Source: Sulfurovum sp.
GTDB taxonomy: Bacteria; Campylobacterota; Campylobacteria; Campylobacterales; Sulfurovaceae
NCBI GenBank assembly: GCA_027038155.1
Contig: JALVXW010000207.1
Span: 1 to 35,335, forward strand
Direction of reading: 5' to 3'
Length of the DNA: 35,335 nt
In this document: piece by piece, positions 25,931-35,335 of the stretch
Position numbering within the stretch: the stretch's first letter is position 1
Layout of the letters: every line of letters begins with the position of its first letter
Made by a program: the position numbers and the translations under genes
Notes under the pieces: generated by a model
What the model saw: only the letters and a program-made list of their open reading frames with translations
The model's database searches: none
What the model was told of the DNA's origin: nothing

Positions 25931-27456
25931 TATTTTGCCTCCTTCGTTGATTTTGATAGTTTTATTATATCTTTTGCCTCTTGTGTAATCGCTTTTTCAT
26001 CCATAAAATGGAGCATCGCTTTCACTGAATTGTCTATAGGCTCCAATACTGGTTTAGGGTAAATACCTAACCATATTACAATTGCTACAAGCGGGATAAG
26101 TGACCATGTTTCTCTACTGTTCAAATCTTTAAGTTTAAGATTTTCCTTATTGGTCACTGGACCAAAGAAAGCTTTTTTCATGACTCTTAGCATATAGACT
26201 GCACCCAAAATAATAGAGGTACCTGCAAGAATTGTCATGATTGGTGAAACTTTATAGAACCCTAAAAGCACAAGAAACTCACCAGGGAATCCCATAGTAA
26301 GTGGCAATCCTACTGCCGCCATAAGCATAATACCAAAAATTACTGCATACTTAGGCATCACTGAAGCCAACCCTCCAAACTCTGAAAGAAGTTTGGTATG
26401 TCTTCTGTCATAAATTACACCCACAAGCATAAAGAGTGCACCCGACACAATCCCGTGAGAGAGCATTTGAAATACTGAACCAGAGATACCCTCTGCATTC
26501 ATCGCAAAGATACCCAACATAATAATACCCATATGTGAAACAGATGAGTATGCAATAACCTGCTTCATATCTTTTTGGGCATAGGCAATCATCGCTGTAT
26601 AGATAACCATAATAATAGAAATAACTGCAATTGGAGCGATAGCCATCACTGATGCATCAGGAAACATAGGAAGTGAAAATCTTACAAATCCATAGGTACC
26701 CATTTTAAGTAAAACCGCAGCAAGAATGACCGAACCAATAGTAGGTGCTTGTCCGTGTGCGTATGGAATCCATGTGTGAAAAGGGAACATTGGTACTTTA
26801 ATAGCAAATCCTATAAAGAATGCGGCAAAGAGCCATAATTGCATAGACTTAGGAAATACAAGCATATACCAATCTGTAAGTGCAAATGACCATATACCTG
26901 TAACACTATAGTATGTATAGGCTATAAACAACATACCTACAAGCATGATAAGTGACCCCGTAAAAGTATAGAGGAAAAACTTAATAGAAGCATAGACTCT
27001 CAATGGCCCACCCCATGCACCAATGATATAGAGCATTGGCACCAAAGAGAGCTCCCAGAAAAGATAGAAAATAATTGCATCCAATGCTACAAATACCCCT
27101 ACCATTGTCATCTCCAAAAAGAGAAGTGTTACAATCATATTTTTAATATTTTTTGTAACAGACATAGATGCCATACCAATAAGCGTCATCAATGTTGTCA
27201 TTATAAGGATAAAGAGTGAGATGCCATCTACCCCCATATAATAAGAGATGCCTATATTAGGAATAAGTGGGATTGACTCTACAAACTGCATACCTGCATC
27301 AGACATATCAAAACTAAACCATAACCATAAAGAGAGTAAAAACTCAATTGTTGCTACAGTAATACCATAGGCTCTTGCACTCTCTTTATCAATCACAAAT
27401 CCAAGCAATCCTGCGACTGCTGGAAAAAATACCAATACACTTAAAATATTATCCAT
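25930..27456 (-). CDS. nuoM: NADH-quinone oxidoreductase subunit M
   Basis: GVDGIS, FWELSLVPM, KVPMFPFHTW, LLKMGTYG and AYSSVSHMG. Confidence 0.96.
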   Translation of the reverse strand: MDNILSVLVFFPAVAGLLGFVIDKESARAYGITVATIEFLLSLWLWFSFDMSDAGMQFVESIPLIPNIGISYYMGVDGISLFILIMTTLMTLIGMASMSVTKNIKNMIVTLLFLEMTMVGVFVALDAIIFYLFWELSLVPMLYIIGAWGGPLRVYASIKFFLYTFTGSLIMLVGMLFIAYTYYSVTGIWSFALTDWYMLVFPKSMQLWLFAAFFIGFAIKVPMFPFHTWIPYAHGQAPTIGSVILAAVLLKMGTYGFVRFSLPMFPDASVMAIAPIAVISIIMVIYTAMIAYAQKDMKQVIAYSSVSHMGIIMLGIFAMNAEGISGSVFQMLSHGIVSGALFMLVGVIYDRRHTKLLSEFGGLASVMPKYAVIFGIMLMAAVGLPLTMGFPGEFLVLLGFYKVSPIMTILAGTSIILGAVYMLRVMKKAFFGPVTNKENLKLKDLNSRETWSLIPLVAIVIWLGIYPKPVLEPIDNSVKAMLHFMDEKAITQEAKDIIKLSKSTKEAK

Positions 27457-27465
27457 CTTATCCCC

Positions 27466-29373
27466 TTACACAAACATCGCTGATATCGCAGCAATTACTA
27501 ATAATAATACACCACCTACTGCCATCCAGTTAAGATAGTTAGAGAGGTTACCTGTCTGCATTCCTCTGGTTGCATCTCCTGATTTATAAAATGCTTTTGC
27601 AATATTATCTACCGTTGCATCCACAATTTTTAAATCAACTTTTTCCCAGAAAACTGCTGAAACCATTGCATAGGGTTTAGTAATAAATTCTTCATAAAAC
27701 TTTGGTACATAGTACTGATTTTTAAGAAGTTTATAAAAGAACCCTTGTTCTTTCTCTTTGTCACGTTTCCATGCATGTCTACCTATTCTTGCATATTTTA
27801 AATATGCCCAAACAATACCAGAAATAGCAAAGAAAAGAACAACAAGACCTAACCATGAAGCTAAATGATGCGTATGCTCACTCATCTCGTAGTGCGGTAG
27901 CAATTCTGTAATAAAATCTTCATACTCTTTCATATACCAACCCGTAATTGTTGCCAGTACTGCCAATGGCGACATGGCAATTAAAACAAATTTATACATC
28001 TCATGAGGATGAAATCCCAATGGTGTATGTCTATCTTCTCCATGAAAAGTCATAAACACTTGTCTAAAGCTATAGAAAGCGGTCATACCTGCTGTAACCA
28101 CCAACATAATCCATAAGAAATAGGTATGTTCATTAAAGGCAGTTTCTATAATAGCATCTTTTGACCAAAATCCTGCCAAAGGCGGTAATCCTGCAAGTGC
28201 TACCGATGCTAGAGTCATATAAATCCATGTCCCTCTCATCTCTTTTTTCATGCCACCCATCTTGAAGATATCTAGTTCATCATGCATAGCATGCATCACA
28301 TTACCACCACCCAAGAAGAGAAGTGCTTTAAAGAATGCATGAGCTGCCAAGTGGAAAAGTGCTATCCAGTAAGCACCCAGTCCAGCTGCCGCAAACATAT
28401 ACCCCAACTGTGAAAGTGTAGAGTAGGCAATAATACGCTTAAGGTCACGCTCTACCAGTGCCATGGAGGCCGCATAGAAGGCTACAAATGTACCTAAGCT
28501 CGCAATAAAGAAACTCACCTCAGGCGCCGCATGGAAAAGTGGATTGGCTCTAATAACCAAAAATACCCCTGCTGTTACCATGGTTGCCGCGTGTATCAAT
28601 GCAGATACCGGAGTAGGTCCCTCCATCGCATCTGTAAGCCATGTATGAAATGGAAATTGTGCAGATTTACCCATTGCACCAATAAAGAGTGCAATAGTAG
28701 CTGTTACAATTATGCCGTTATTCAAATATGGTAATTGTGCAAATACTTCATCGTATTTGAGTGTACCTGTATTCCAGTAAAGTACAAAAATACCTACCAA
28801 CATACCAAGGTCTGCAATACGATTTACAATAAAAGCTTCATTTGCGGCCCATGATGGTGAGACAGATGGGTTTTCTTCTCTTGTCTGATCTGCTTTGTGA
28901 TACCAAAAGCCAATAAGCAACCAAGAACAGACACCCACACCTTCCCAGCCAATAAAGAGTCCAAGAAAGTTATCTGACATGACAAGTATCATCATAGAGA
29001 ATACAAAAGCAGAGAGATAAGAGAAAAATCTATTAAAACTTTTATCATGATCCATGTACCCAATAGCATACACATGTACAACCGTTGATACCAAAGTAAC
29101 AACTGTCATCATTGTTACAGAAACCTGATCAACCACAAATCCAAAAGAGACATTAAAGTCTCCCGCATGAATCCAGTCCATCATAGTAATATTAATTACA
29201 TCTCCTGTTGTATAAAGATGTATTGCCAAAAGCAATGAAGAGATGAATGCTGTACCAATAAACATGGATGCTACAATACCTACAAATACTTCTCTTTGGC
29301 TCATCCCAAAAAGTGCAGCGAACAGAGAACTCGCAAACGGTGCAAAAAGTGCTATATATACTAAATTTTCCAT
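27466..29373 (-). CDS. nuoL: NADH-quinone oxidoreductase subunit L
   Basis: GWEGVG, GKSAQFPFHTWLTDAMEGPTPVSALIHAATMVTAG and HAFFKALLF. Confidence 0.97.
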   Translation of the reverse strand: MENLVYIALFAPFASSLFAALFGMSQREVFVGIVASMFIGTAFISSLLLAIHLYTTGDVINITMMDWIHAGDFNVSFGFVVDQVSVTMMTVVTLVSTVVHVYAIGYMDHDKSFNRFFSYLSAFVFSMMILVMSDNFLGLFIGWEGVGVCSWLLIGFWYHKADQTREENPSVSPSWAANEAFIVNRIADLGMLVGIFVLYWNTGTLKYDEVFAQLPYLNNGIIVTATIALFIGAMGKSAQFPFHTWLTDAMEGPTPVSALIHAATMVTAGVFLVIRANPLFHAAPEVSFFIASLGTFVAFYAASMALVERDLKRIIAYSTLSQLGYMFAAAGLGAYWIALFHLAAHAFFKALLFLGGGNVMHAMHDELDIFKMGGMKKEMRGTWIYMTLASVALAGLPPLAGFWSKDAIIETAFNEHTYFLWIMLVVTAGMTAFYSFRQVFMTFHGEDRHTPLGFHPHEMYKFVLIAMSPLAVLATITGWYMKEYEDFITELLPHYEMSEHTHHLASWLGLVVLFFAISGIVWAYLKYARIGRHAWKRDKEKEQGFFYKLLKNQYYVPKFYEEFITKPYAMVSAVFWEKVDLKIVDATVDNIAKAFYKSGDATRGMQTGNLSNYLNWMAVGGVLLLVIAAISAMFV

Positions 29374-29375
29374 CT

Positions 29376-29678
29376 TTAACCTCTCATATTTGCTAAGTCA
29401 TCTAAGTTAAGAGAACCAAATTTTTTAAACAATACAATCAAAATACCAAGCCCTACAGCTACTTCTGATGCTGCAATAGCAATCACAAAAAAGGCAAACA
29501 TTTGACCTGTCAAATCATTGTAATAGTGTGAAATCGCTGCAAAGGCGATATTGACAGCATTGAGCATCACTTCTGTTGCAAAAAAAAGCATGAGAAGATT
29601 TCTTCTTCTCAATACACCAACCAATCCTATAGAAAAGAGTATCGCGGATACTACAAGGTAGTGAGATAAGCCTATCAT
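29376..29678 (-). CDS. nuoK: NADH-quinone oxidoreductase subunit K
   Basis: 100 aa with RRNLL, EVMLNA and IAASEVAVGL. Confidence 0.96.
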   Translation of the reverse strand: MIGLSHYLVVSAILFSIGLVGVLRRRNLLMLFFATEVMLNAVNIAFAAISHYYNDLTGQMFAFFVIAIAASEVAVGLGILIVLFKKFGSLNLDDLANMRG

Positions 29679-30238
29679 TTTTTATCCTTTACAACTAAAA
29701 TTTCATCGTCTACTGCGGTATCTTTGGTAAGTGACTTATCCATCTTCTTACCTGCAAGAATAATCCCTGCAATCATCGCAACCAAAAGCATTACTGCTGC
29801 AACCTCAAATGGTACAAGATACTTTGTAAAAAGCACAATTCCTACATCTTGTGCGTTTCCTACACCTTTATGCATAGGATAAAGTGCTGTAATCGCATCT
29901 GAATGCATTGGTGCAGCAAACATAAGCACTAAAACCAATGCACTCATCCCTCCAAGCAAAAATACCAAAGCACTGCTTGTATTCTTCTCTTTAATATCTC
30001 TTGTAGCATCAAAAAACATCATAGCAAATGAGTAGAGTGCCATCACTGCTCCCACATACACTATAAGTTGAACCACACCAAGGAAATCTGCACCAAGGAT
30101 AAAGAAAAATCCTGAGATAAGTACCATCCCCGCAGCAAGTGAAGTCATCGCATACAAGACATTTTTACTCATTACTGTTACAATAAAGAGTCCTATTGTT
30201 AAAGCCGAAAATAGGTAAAAGGCTATCATTTCATACAT
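29675..30238 (-). CDS. nuoJ: NADH-quinone oxidoreductase subunit J
   Basis: QLIVYVGAVMAL and YLVPFEVAAVMLLVAMIA. Confidence 0.95.
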   Translation of the reverse strand: MYEMIAFYLFSALTIGLFIVTVMSKNVLYAMTSLAAGMVLISGFFFILGADFLGVVQLIVYVGAVMALYSFAMMFFDATRDIKEKNTSSALVFLLGGMSALVLVLMFAAPMHSDAITALYPMHKGVGNAQDVGIVLFTKYLVPFEVAAVMLLVAMIAGIILAGKKMDKSLTKDTAVDDEILVVKDKK

Positions 30239-30248
30239 TATTACGCTC

Positions 30249-30872
30249 CTAATACGCTAATGGCGTCTGTTTAATATTATCATCTGCATTTGGAGACACA
30301 GAACCAAACCCACTATATTCCTGTTGTAAATTTAACTTATCAATAGGAGTCAACATATCTTCAAAGAGTGAAAAACCTGCACGTTGCTCTGAAGCATTTT
30401 CGTAACGTGATCCATGTACAATTGCAAGCTCTGGACACACTTCTGCACAGTATCCACAAAAAATACAACGCCCAAAGTTAATCGTATACTCACTTACCTC
30501 TTTACGCTGGTTTTCATCATAGCGCGTATCCATTGTAATACAGTTAGAGATACAAATCTTTTCACAAAGTCCACACCCAATACATCTATAATGTCCCGAT
30601 TCAAGCAATCTTAGCATATCATGAATGGCTCTATATCTTGGTGATATTGGTAATTTCTCAAAAGGATACTTTACTGTATGCATATCATTGGCAAACAGTG
30701 CTTTTAGCATTGCCTTCATTGTCACCCATAGTCCCACAAAAAGTTCCCCTTTGAAGGTTCTTTTTACCACCTGTTTAAACTGACACAACACACCTTTTGG
30801 TGAATGCCCTGCATCAACCATGGTGTAGTTTTGTGTACCTACATTTCTATTTTTAAATTGTTCCAAACCCAT
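30249..30872 (-). CDS. nuoI: NADH-quinone oxidoreductase subunit I
   Basis: Two 4Fe-4S motifs: CIGCGLCEKIC and CIFCGYCAEVCP. Confidence 0.96.
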   Translation of the reverse strand: MGLEQFKNRNVGTQNYTMVDAGHSPKGVLCQFKQVVKRTFKGELFVGLWVTMKAMLKALFANDMHTVKYPFEKLPISPRYRAIHDMLRLLESGHYRCIGCGLCEKICISNCITMDTRYDENQRKEVSEYTINFGRCIFCGYCAEVCPELAIVHGSRYENASEQRAGFSLFEDMLTPIDKLNLQQEYSGFGSVSPNADDNIKQTPLAY

Positions 30873-30881
30873 ACCTACTCC

Positions 30882-31916
30882 TTATACCATCATCACTAAT
30901 GCAGTGATAAGAATATTCACTACTGCCAGTGGCATTAACACTTTCCAGCATAACCACATCAATTGATCTGGTCTCACATGTGGCCATGCAGCTCTTACCC
31001 ATAACATCAAGAAGAAGAAGAGTGCAATCTTAGCCATAATAAAGAACCACCCAAACATACTTGCTACATCATAACCACCTAGAAATACTATTGACGCAAT
31101 CACTGAGACAGTAATCATATTGGCATACTCACCAATAAAGAACATACCCCATCTCATACCCGAATACTCTGTAGCGTATCCAGAGACCACCTCTGCTTCA
31201 TGCTCAAGAAGGTCAAAGGGTGTTCTATTTGTCTCTGCAAATCCTGCTATAAGGAACAACACAAAAGCAACAGGCTGTTTCCAGATAAGCCAATCTCCTA
31301 TCCCCCCTGCTTGATAAGTGTTAAAATCAATAAACGAAAGTGAACCAACAAGCATAATCGGTGCCAAGATAGAGAGTCCTGTGACCACCTCATAAGAGAG
31401 AAACTGCACGGCTGTTCTTGCTGCTCCAATAATACCCCATTTGTTTGCCTGAGACATACCAGCCAAAAGTGGCCCATAAAGCCCGGCTGCCATCATTCCA
31501 AGCACAAACAAGATACCGATATTTAAATCAGACGCAATAGAGGGCACAAATGTATCGCCTAAAAGTGGTATCCATGAAGGAATAGTAAAATCTGGAAACA
31601 CAGGTACCGCAGCAAGCGCAATAAATGCAGTTGCTGCTGTAATGACAGGTGCAATCATAAAAATTAATTTATTGGCATTTTGTGGAATAATATCCTCTTT
31701 GGTAAAGAGTTTAATCCCATCTGCTGCAATCTGTAGTAATCCATAATAACCTACATGCATTGGTCCAAGACGTCTTTGCATAAATGCCAAAACTTTTCTT
31801 TCAATAAATGTACCAAATCCAGCCAATGCTGAAATAATAGCCAAAATAAGTACTGCTTTAATCAGTGAACCTACCCATGTTACCTCTGGTAATTTTTCTA
31901 TCAGTGTTGTTTCCAT
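30882..31916 (-). CDS. nuoH: NADH-quinone oxidoreductase subunit H
   Basis: ERKVLAFMQRRLGP, ADGIKLFTKED, AETNRTPFDL and WPHVRPDQ. Confidence 0.97.
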   Translation of the reverse strand: METTLIEKLPEVTWVGSLIKAVLILAIISALAGFGTFIERKVLAFMQRRLGPMHVGYYGLLQIAADGIKLFTKEDIIPQNANKLIFMIAPVITAATAFIALAAVPVFPDFTIPSWIPLLGDTFVPSIASDLNIGILFVLGMMAAGLYGPLLAGMSQANKWGIIGAARTAVQFLSYEVVTGLSILAPIMLVGSLSFIDFNTYQAGGIGDWLIWKQPVAFVLFLIAGFAETNRTPFDLLEHEAEVVSGYATEYSGMRWGMFFIGEYANMITVSVIASIVFLGGYDVASMFGWFFIMAKIALFFFLMLWVRAAWPHVRPDQLMWLCWKVLMPLAVVNILITALVMMV

Positions 31917-31917
31917 T

Positions 31918-34401
31918 CTATTGCACCTTTCTCAATGTTACTGTTTTGTAGCGTGATGCCCCAAAGAGATCATACACACCTTCGCTTGCTTTAAAGTCTG
32001 GCACTTTTACGATGTCTCCAGTCATTTTCTCATCAGCTACAACATCTAAAGTAATACTTCCGTTGTCAAAGATAACTTCGACCCTACTCCCTAAACTTTC
32101 TGCTTTTTCTTTACTTGCATACAGTGAAAATGTTTCAAAAATCTCATGTGATTTATCTGTAAAATCATTAAACTGTCGTGCAGGATTACATCGATATGCA
32201 ATCTCGCCTTCAAGTACTGCATCTTCATCACACTTTTCTACTTCTGGAAGTGCTGTTTTTACATTGCTTGTTTCAAGTTTGTATCCACGATTGTCTCTAC
32301 CGTCATTTTCAAAGCTATTTGGCAAATCATCAAATGCCATCGCTTTAAATCCTCTATCGGTTGGAAGTTTTTCTGTCCAATCTATAGTTAATTCAGGTGC
32401 ACCCACAAGTACTTTCATTAGGTCATTAAGTTCATATCCATGATACTCAACTGCTGCATTGGTAGGAAGTACACGCTTTGTAATACTACAAAGTGTTCCC
32501 TCTTGTTGATTCATCGCTGGCATATCTAAATCACCTGTACCTAATGCAGAGAGTCTAAAGTCACCATTTTCGTTATATCCAACAGTGTATCCACTTTGTG
32601 CCTCATCAAGTTCACAAATCAGTGCCACACCCAATGCATTGGACTTAGGAGGAGTCATAACTATATCAATATTACAAGTAGCCTCTACAAGTGCCGCAAG
32701 TTTTGCAATATTTTCAGCTTTTTCATGGTAGTAAAGGTCTTCACCCAGCATCATAGAGAAGGACTCTTTTTTCTTCATCATCTTCTCAAAAGTAGCATCA
32801 AAGGTTGAAGCGTCTCCACCGAGTAAATCTACAAGACCATTGGTAGTGACTTCTATCTCTTTCTCTATCATCTCAGTCACTTTTTTGGAGACCTCTTCCT
32901 CTTTCCCTGTCTCTTCGTTAAGCACCATCTCTTTAACTGTTTTAACCTCTTTCTCTTTAATGGTCTTTGTAGAAGATTTTTTAAAGCTTTCAAGGTACTC
33001 TTTTACATCAGAAGGAAGTTTCTCTTTATCTGCAAAAAGGTCAAGCACCAAATAGAGTGCTGCCTCTTCAAGCCCCACTTTATGATTAAACACCTCTACG
33101 CTCTTACCAAAGGTGGGAATAAGTGTATCCCCTACAGGGTGAAAGTAAAGCCCTGCACCTTTATTAAGCTTTTGCACATTATTAAAGGCATATTTCATTC
33201 CAGGAGCATCATTTCTCAATGCACACCCTATAGAGATGACAAAATCAGACTTTTTCATAATTGCATCTGTATCTGTTGTCCATAGACTATTTCCAGAGGC
33301 TGCTTCGTAGTGATTCAAGAATGTTTGAAAGGCTTTTACTTCAGGATTATAGAGCTTGATACCCATTTTCTCTTTAAGTGTTTGAAGCATCAATGCTTCT
33401 TCATTGGTAATCATGCTGTTAAAACGAATTGTTTCTGCTTTTTTAAAGGCTTCTATGGCACTATTGAATGCTTTTGTATCTTTTGTTGCGGTTGTATTTT
33501 GAAAATCATAGGCAAAACGTGCTGCACCATCCAAAGAGACATAGTTCCACTCATTTGTTACTCTATAAATCTTCTCTGTTCTGTCCTCTATTGATGTCGG
33601 TTTTACTTCATAATATATTTGGAAACCATCACTTGAGTGAGCTGATACCGCTGGAACTCTCTTTAGATCCCATGCATTTGAAGTATAGACAAAATCACGT
33701 GATACCAATGCCCCAACAGGACATACTGCTGCACACTCACCACAATCAGAACAGTTTGTTTCCCCAGTACCATTACTAGGAGCAATCACAGATTTTTGTA
33801 ATTTATTCCACATTGAATAGGCATCTTTTGGCATAGACTCTTTGTAACTCTTGTCTAGTTCTGCTCCACCACGTTTTACTGTCGTTAATGCAGAATCTCC
33901 TATCATATCTTTACAGACGGTGGTACATCTCTCACATACAATACAGAGTCCGGGGTCATAATGTAAAACAGAAGACCAGTTTGTTGCTTCTCTTTTGGTA
34001 TCAGGAATCATGTAACTTTGTGAGTCTACACCCAGATGCAATGTATAGTTTTGCAGTTCACATTCACCTGATTTGTCACATACACCACACTGCAAAGGGT
34101 GATTGACATCATAGACTTCCATGATGGCTCTACGCTCTTCCAGTATATTAGGTGTATCTACCGTAATCTCCATACCCTCTTTGACTTTGGCATTACATGC
34201 ATAGACCTGCTTTCCATCTGCTTCTACAAGACAGATACGGCACGCCAATGTAGGCGAACATCTTGTCAGATAGCAGATAGCTGGAATAAATATACCATTG
34301 GCACGTGCAGCATTAAGAATATATTCACCCTCTTTTGCCTTAAACTCAGTACCATCAATAGTGACAGTCACCATGTTATCTACCGTTTGTACTTCACTCA
34401 T
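31918..34401 (-). CDS. nuoG: NADH-quinone oxidoreductase subunit G (Campylobacterota type)
   Basis: 2Fe-2S motif (IPAICY...ACRICLVE...AC), HPLQCGVCDKSGECELQ, CIVCERCTTVC and CSDCGECAAVCPVGAL; directly upstream of nuoH. Confidence 0.95.
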   Translation of the reverse strand: MSEVQTVDNMVTVTIDGTEFKAKEGEYILNAARANGIFIPAICYLTRCSPTLACRICLVEADGKQVYACNAKVKEGMEITVDTPNILEERRAIMEVYDVNHPLQCGVCDKSGECELQNYTLHLGVDSQSYMIPDTKREATNWSSVLHYDPGLCIVCERCTTVCKDMIGDSALTTVKRGGAELDKSYKESMPKDAYSMWNKLQKSVIAPSNGTGETNCSDCGECAAVCPVGALVSRDFVYTSNAWDLKRVPAVSAHSSDGFQIYYEVKPTSIEDRTEKIYRVTNEWNYVSLDGAARFAYDFQNTTATKDTKAFNSAIEAFKKAETIRFNSMITNEEALMLQTLKEKMGIKLYNPEVKAFQTFLNHYEAASGNSLWTTDTDAIMKKSDFVISIGCALRNDAPGMKYAFNNVQKLNKGAGLYFHPVGDTLIPTFGKSVEVFNHKVGLEEAALYLVLDLFADKEKLPSDVKEYLESFKKSSTKTIKEKEVKTVKEMVLNEETGKEEEVSKKVTEMIEKEIEVTTNGLVDLLGGDASTFDATFEKMMKKKESFSMMLGEDLYYHEKAENIAKLAALVEATCNIDIVMTPPKSNALGVALICELDEAQSGYTVGYNENGDFRLSALGTGDLDMPAMNQQEGTLCSITKRVLPTNAAVEYHGYELNDLMKVLVGAPELTIDWTEKLPTDRGFKAMAFDDLPNSFENDGRDNRGYKLETSNVKTALPEVEKCDEDAVLEGEIAYRCNPARQFNDFTDKSHEIFETFSLYASKEKAESLGSRVEVIFDNGSITLDVVADEKMTGDIVKVPDFKASEGVYDLFGASRYKTVTLRKVQ

Positions 34402-34402
34402 A

Positions 34403-35335
34403 TTAGCTTCCTACCTTTTGAATTTCTACTCTACTAAATCTATAAGAGGATACCAAAGGCGTACTTAATCCCATGTCATAGGTAGGGTTAAGTGCAATGG
34501 TTCCTTTCATAGATGTATCAATCTTAAACACACGTTTAAACGTCACGCCATCAATAGTGAAAGAAATTTTCTCTCCATCACTTAATTTTGTTGCTACTGC
34601 AAACTGAGAAGAGCCTACTAAAAATGCCTTTTGGGCTAGCGGTTCACATTTGTAGGTAAAGGCTGAAAAATGCTCTTTTGGATTACAGATATAGACCACT
34701 GCTCCATCAAAACCATCTAACGTAGCTACCTCTTCAAGCTGACTCTCTACTGATGTTTCACATACCTTTAGAAGATACCCTCTGTGTTCATTCCCTACCA
34801 TATCAAAATAGTCAGGAAGCATATCAAACTCTACCGACACAAACCCCTTATCTTCTGGTAGTGCTTTGGTATAGTCTATTGTATACTTGGCATCTAAGCC
34901 CAAGGCGTTTGCTATATCGTTTAAAACATAACCACCATAAGGCTGTGCTACATGCATAGGGACAACACGTTTATCTATAGTGGTAAGTGTACCCTCTTGT
35001 TGGTTGAGTGCTGGCATATCCAAATCACCATCTCCTAGTGCCGAGAGTGTGAAATCTGCTTCTACATTATACCCCACTGTTGCCCCACTGACCTCATCAT
35101 CCAAATCACAGACAAGAGAGACACCCATCGCATTTCCAGCTGGTGGGATACATAATACATTAAAGTCTGTATACTTTTCAACCAAAGCAAGAATTTTTGC
35201 TATCTGCCGGGCTCTAGGGTGAGCATATACATCACTCCCTACAACCAATGAAAAACCATCTTTTTTAAGCATACTTTTTCGAAGTAGCTCCAACTCCTCT
35301 TCACCCACATTAGACTCAGCAGACAAATGACCAAT
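34403..35335 (-). CDS. nuoG: Second NuoG-like protein, C-terminal part (5' end beyond the window)
   Basis: The frame is open to the window edge and collinear with the C-terminal part of the adjacent NuoG (for example FTLSALGDGDLDMPALNQQEGT vs FRLSALGTGDLDMPAMNQQEGT). Confidence 0.88.
   Translation of the reverse strand: MGHLSAESNVGEEELELLRKSMLKKDGFSLVVGSDVYAHPRARQIAKILALVEKYTDFNVLCIPPAGNAMGVSLVCDLDDEVSGATVGYNVEADFTLSALGDGDLDMPALNQQEGTLTTIDKRVVPMHVAQPYGGYVLNDIANALGLDAKYTIDYTKALPEDKGFVSVEFDMLPDYFDMVGNEHRGYLLKVCETSVESQLEEVATLDGFDGAVVYICNPKEHFSAFTYKCEPLAQKAFLVGSSQFAVATKLSDGEKISFTIDGVTFKRVFKIDTSMKGTIALNPTYDMGLSTPLVSSYRFSRVEIQKVGS

Noticed and set aside
32860-32990. K/E/T-rich low-complexity segment within NuoG
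   Set aside because: It is not a DNA tandem repeat or palindrome, and charged loops of this kind appear usual in Campylobacterota NuoG.
35324-35326. TTG 35326 as the start of a stand-alone 307-aa protein
   Set aside because: The frame is open to the window edge and aligns to the interior of NuoG, so the gene is 5'-truncated by the window.
1-35335. CRISPR array, or an autonomous IS/RAYT transposase
   Set aside because: I saw no regularly spaced repeat-spacer series and no DDE or HUH transposase ORF. Any enzyme that mobilises the small elements must be encoded elsewhere.

Overview
An AT-rich core-genome window from a Campylobacterota bacterium. Gene content and order suggest a Sulfurovum-like organism, which is an inference. 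It holds a truncated sensor kinase with an OmpR-family regulator, fabG, gpmI, mraY-murD, tRNA-Phe(GAA), a MOMP-like porin, an XerC/D-like recombinase, a DUF374/LpxJ-like acyltransferase, miaB, an HP0268-family gene, nusA, gap-pgk-tpiA, an in-frame nadD-rsfS fusion, a toxin-first PIN/RHH toxin-antitoxin pair, argS-tatA-gmk, tRNA-Arg(GCG), mqnP, pssA, miaA and the distal complex I operon (nuoG-nuoN) preceded by a second, edge-truncated nuoG paralogue. The most notable signal is non-coding: several distinct families of small palindromic elements, with no transposase in the window. These are two copies of a 163/189-bp MITE-like rod with 4-bp target duplications, a 164-bp MITE-like rod with a TTA duplication and strand-biased G-U pairing, a GTAG-type REP doublet inserted in frame inside the essential gene murD, and a double-hairpin repeat upstream of argS. 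In addition, 7-bp tandem repeats sit at gene junctions and supply start codons for murD and mqnP. No CRISPR array, prophage or autonomous IS was seen.
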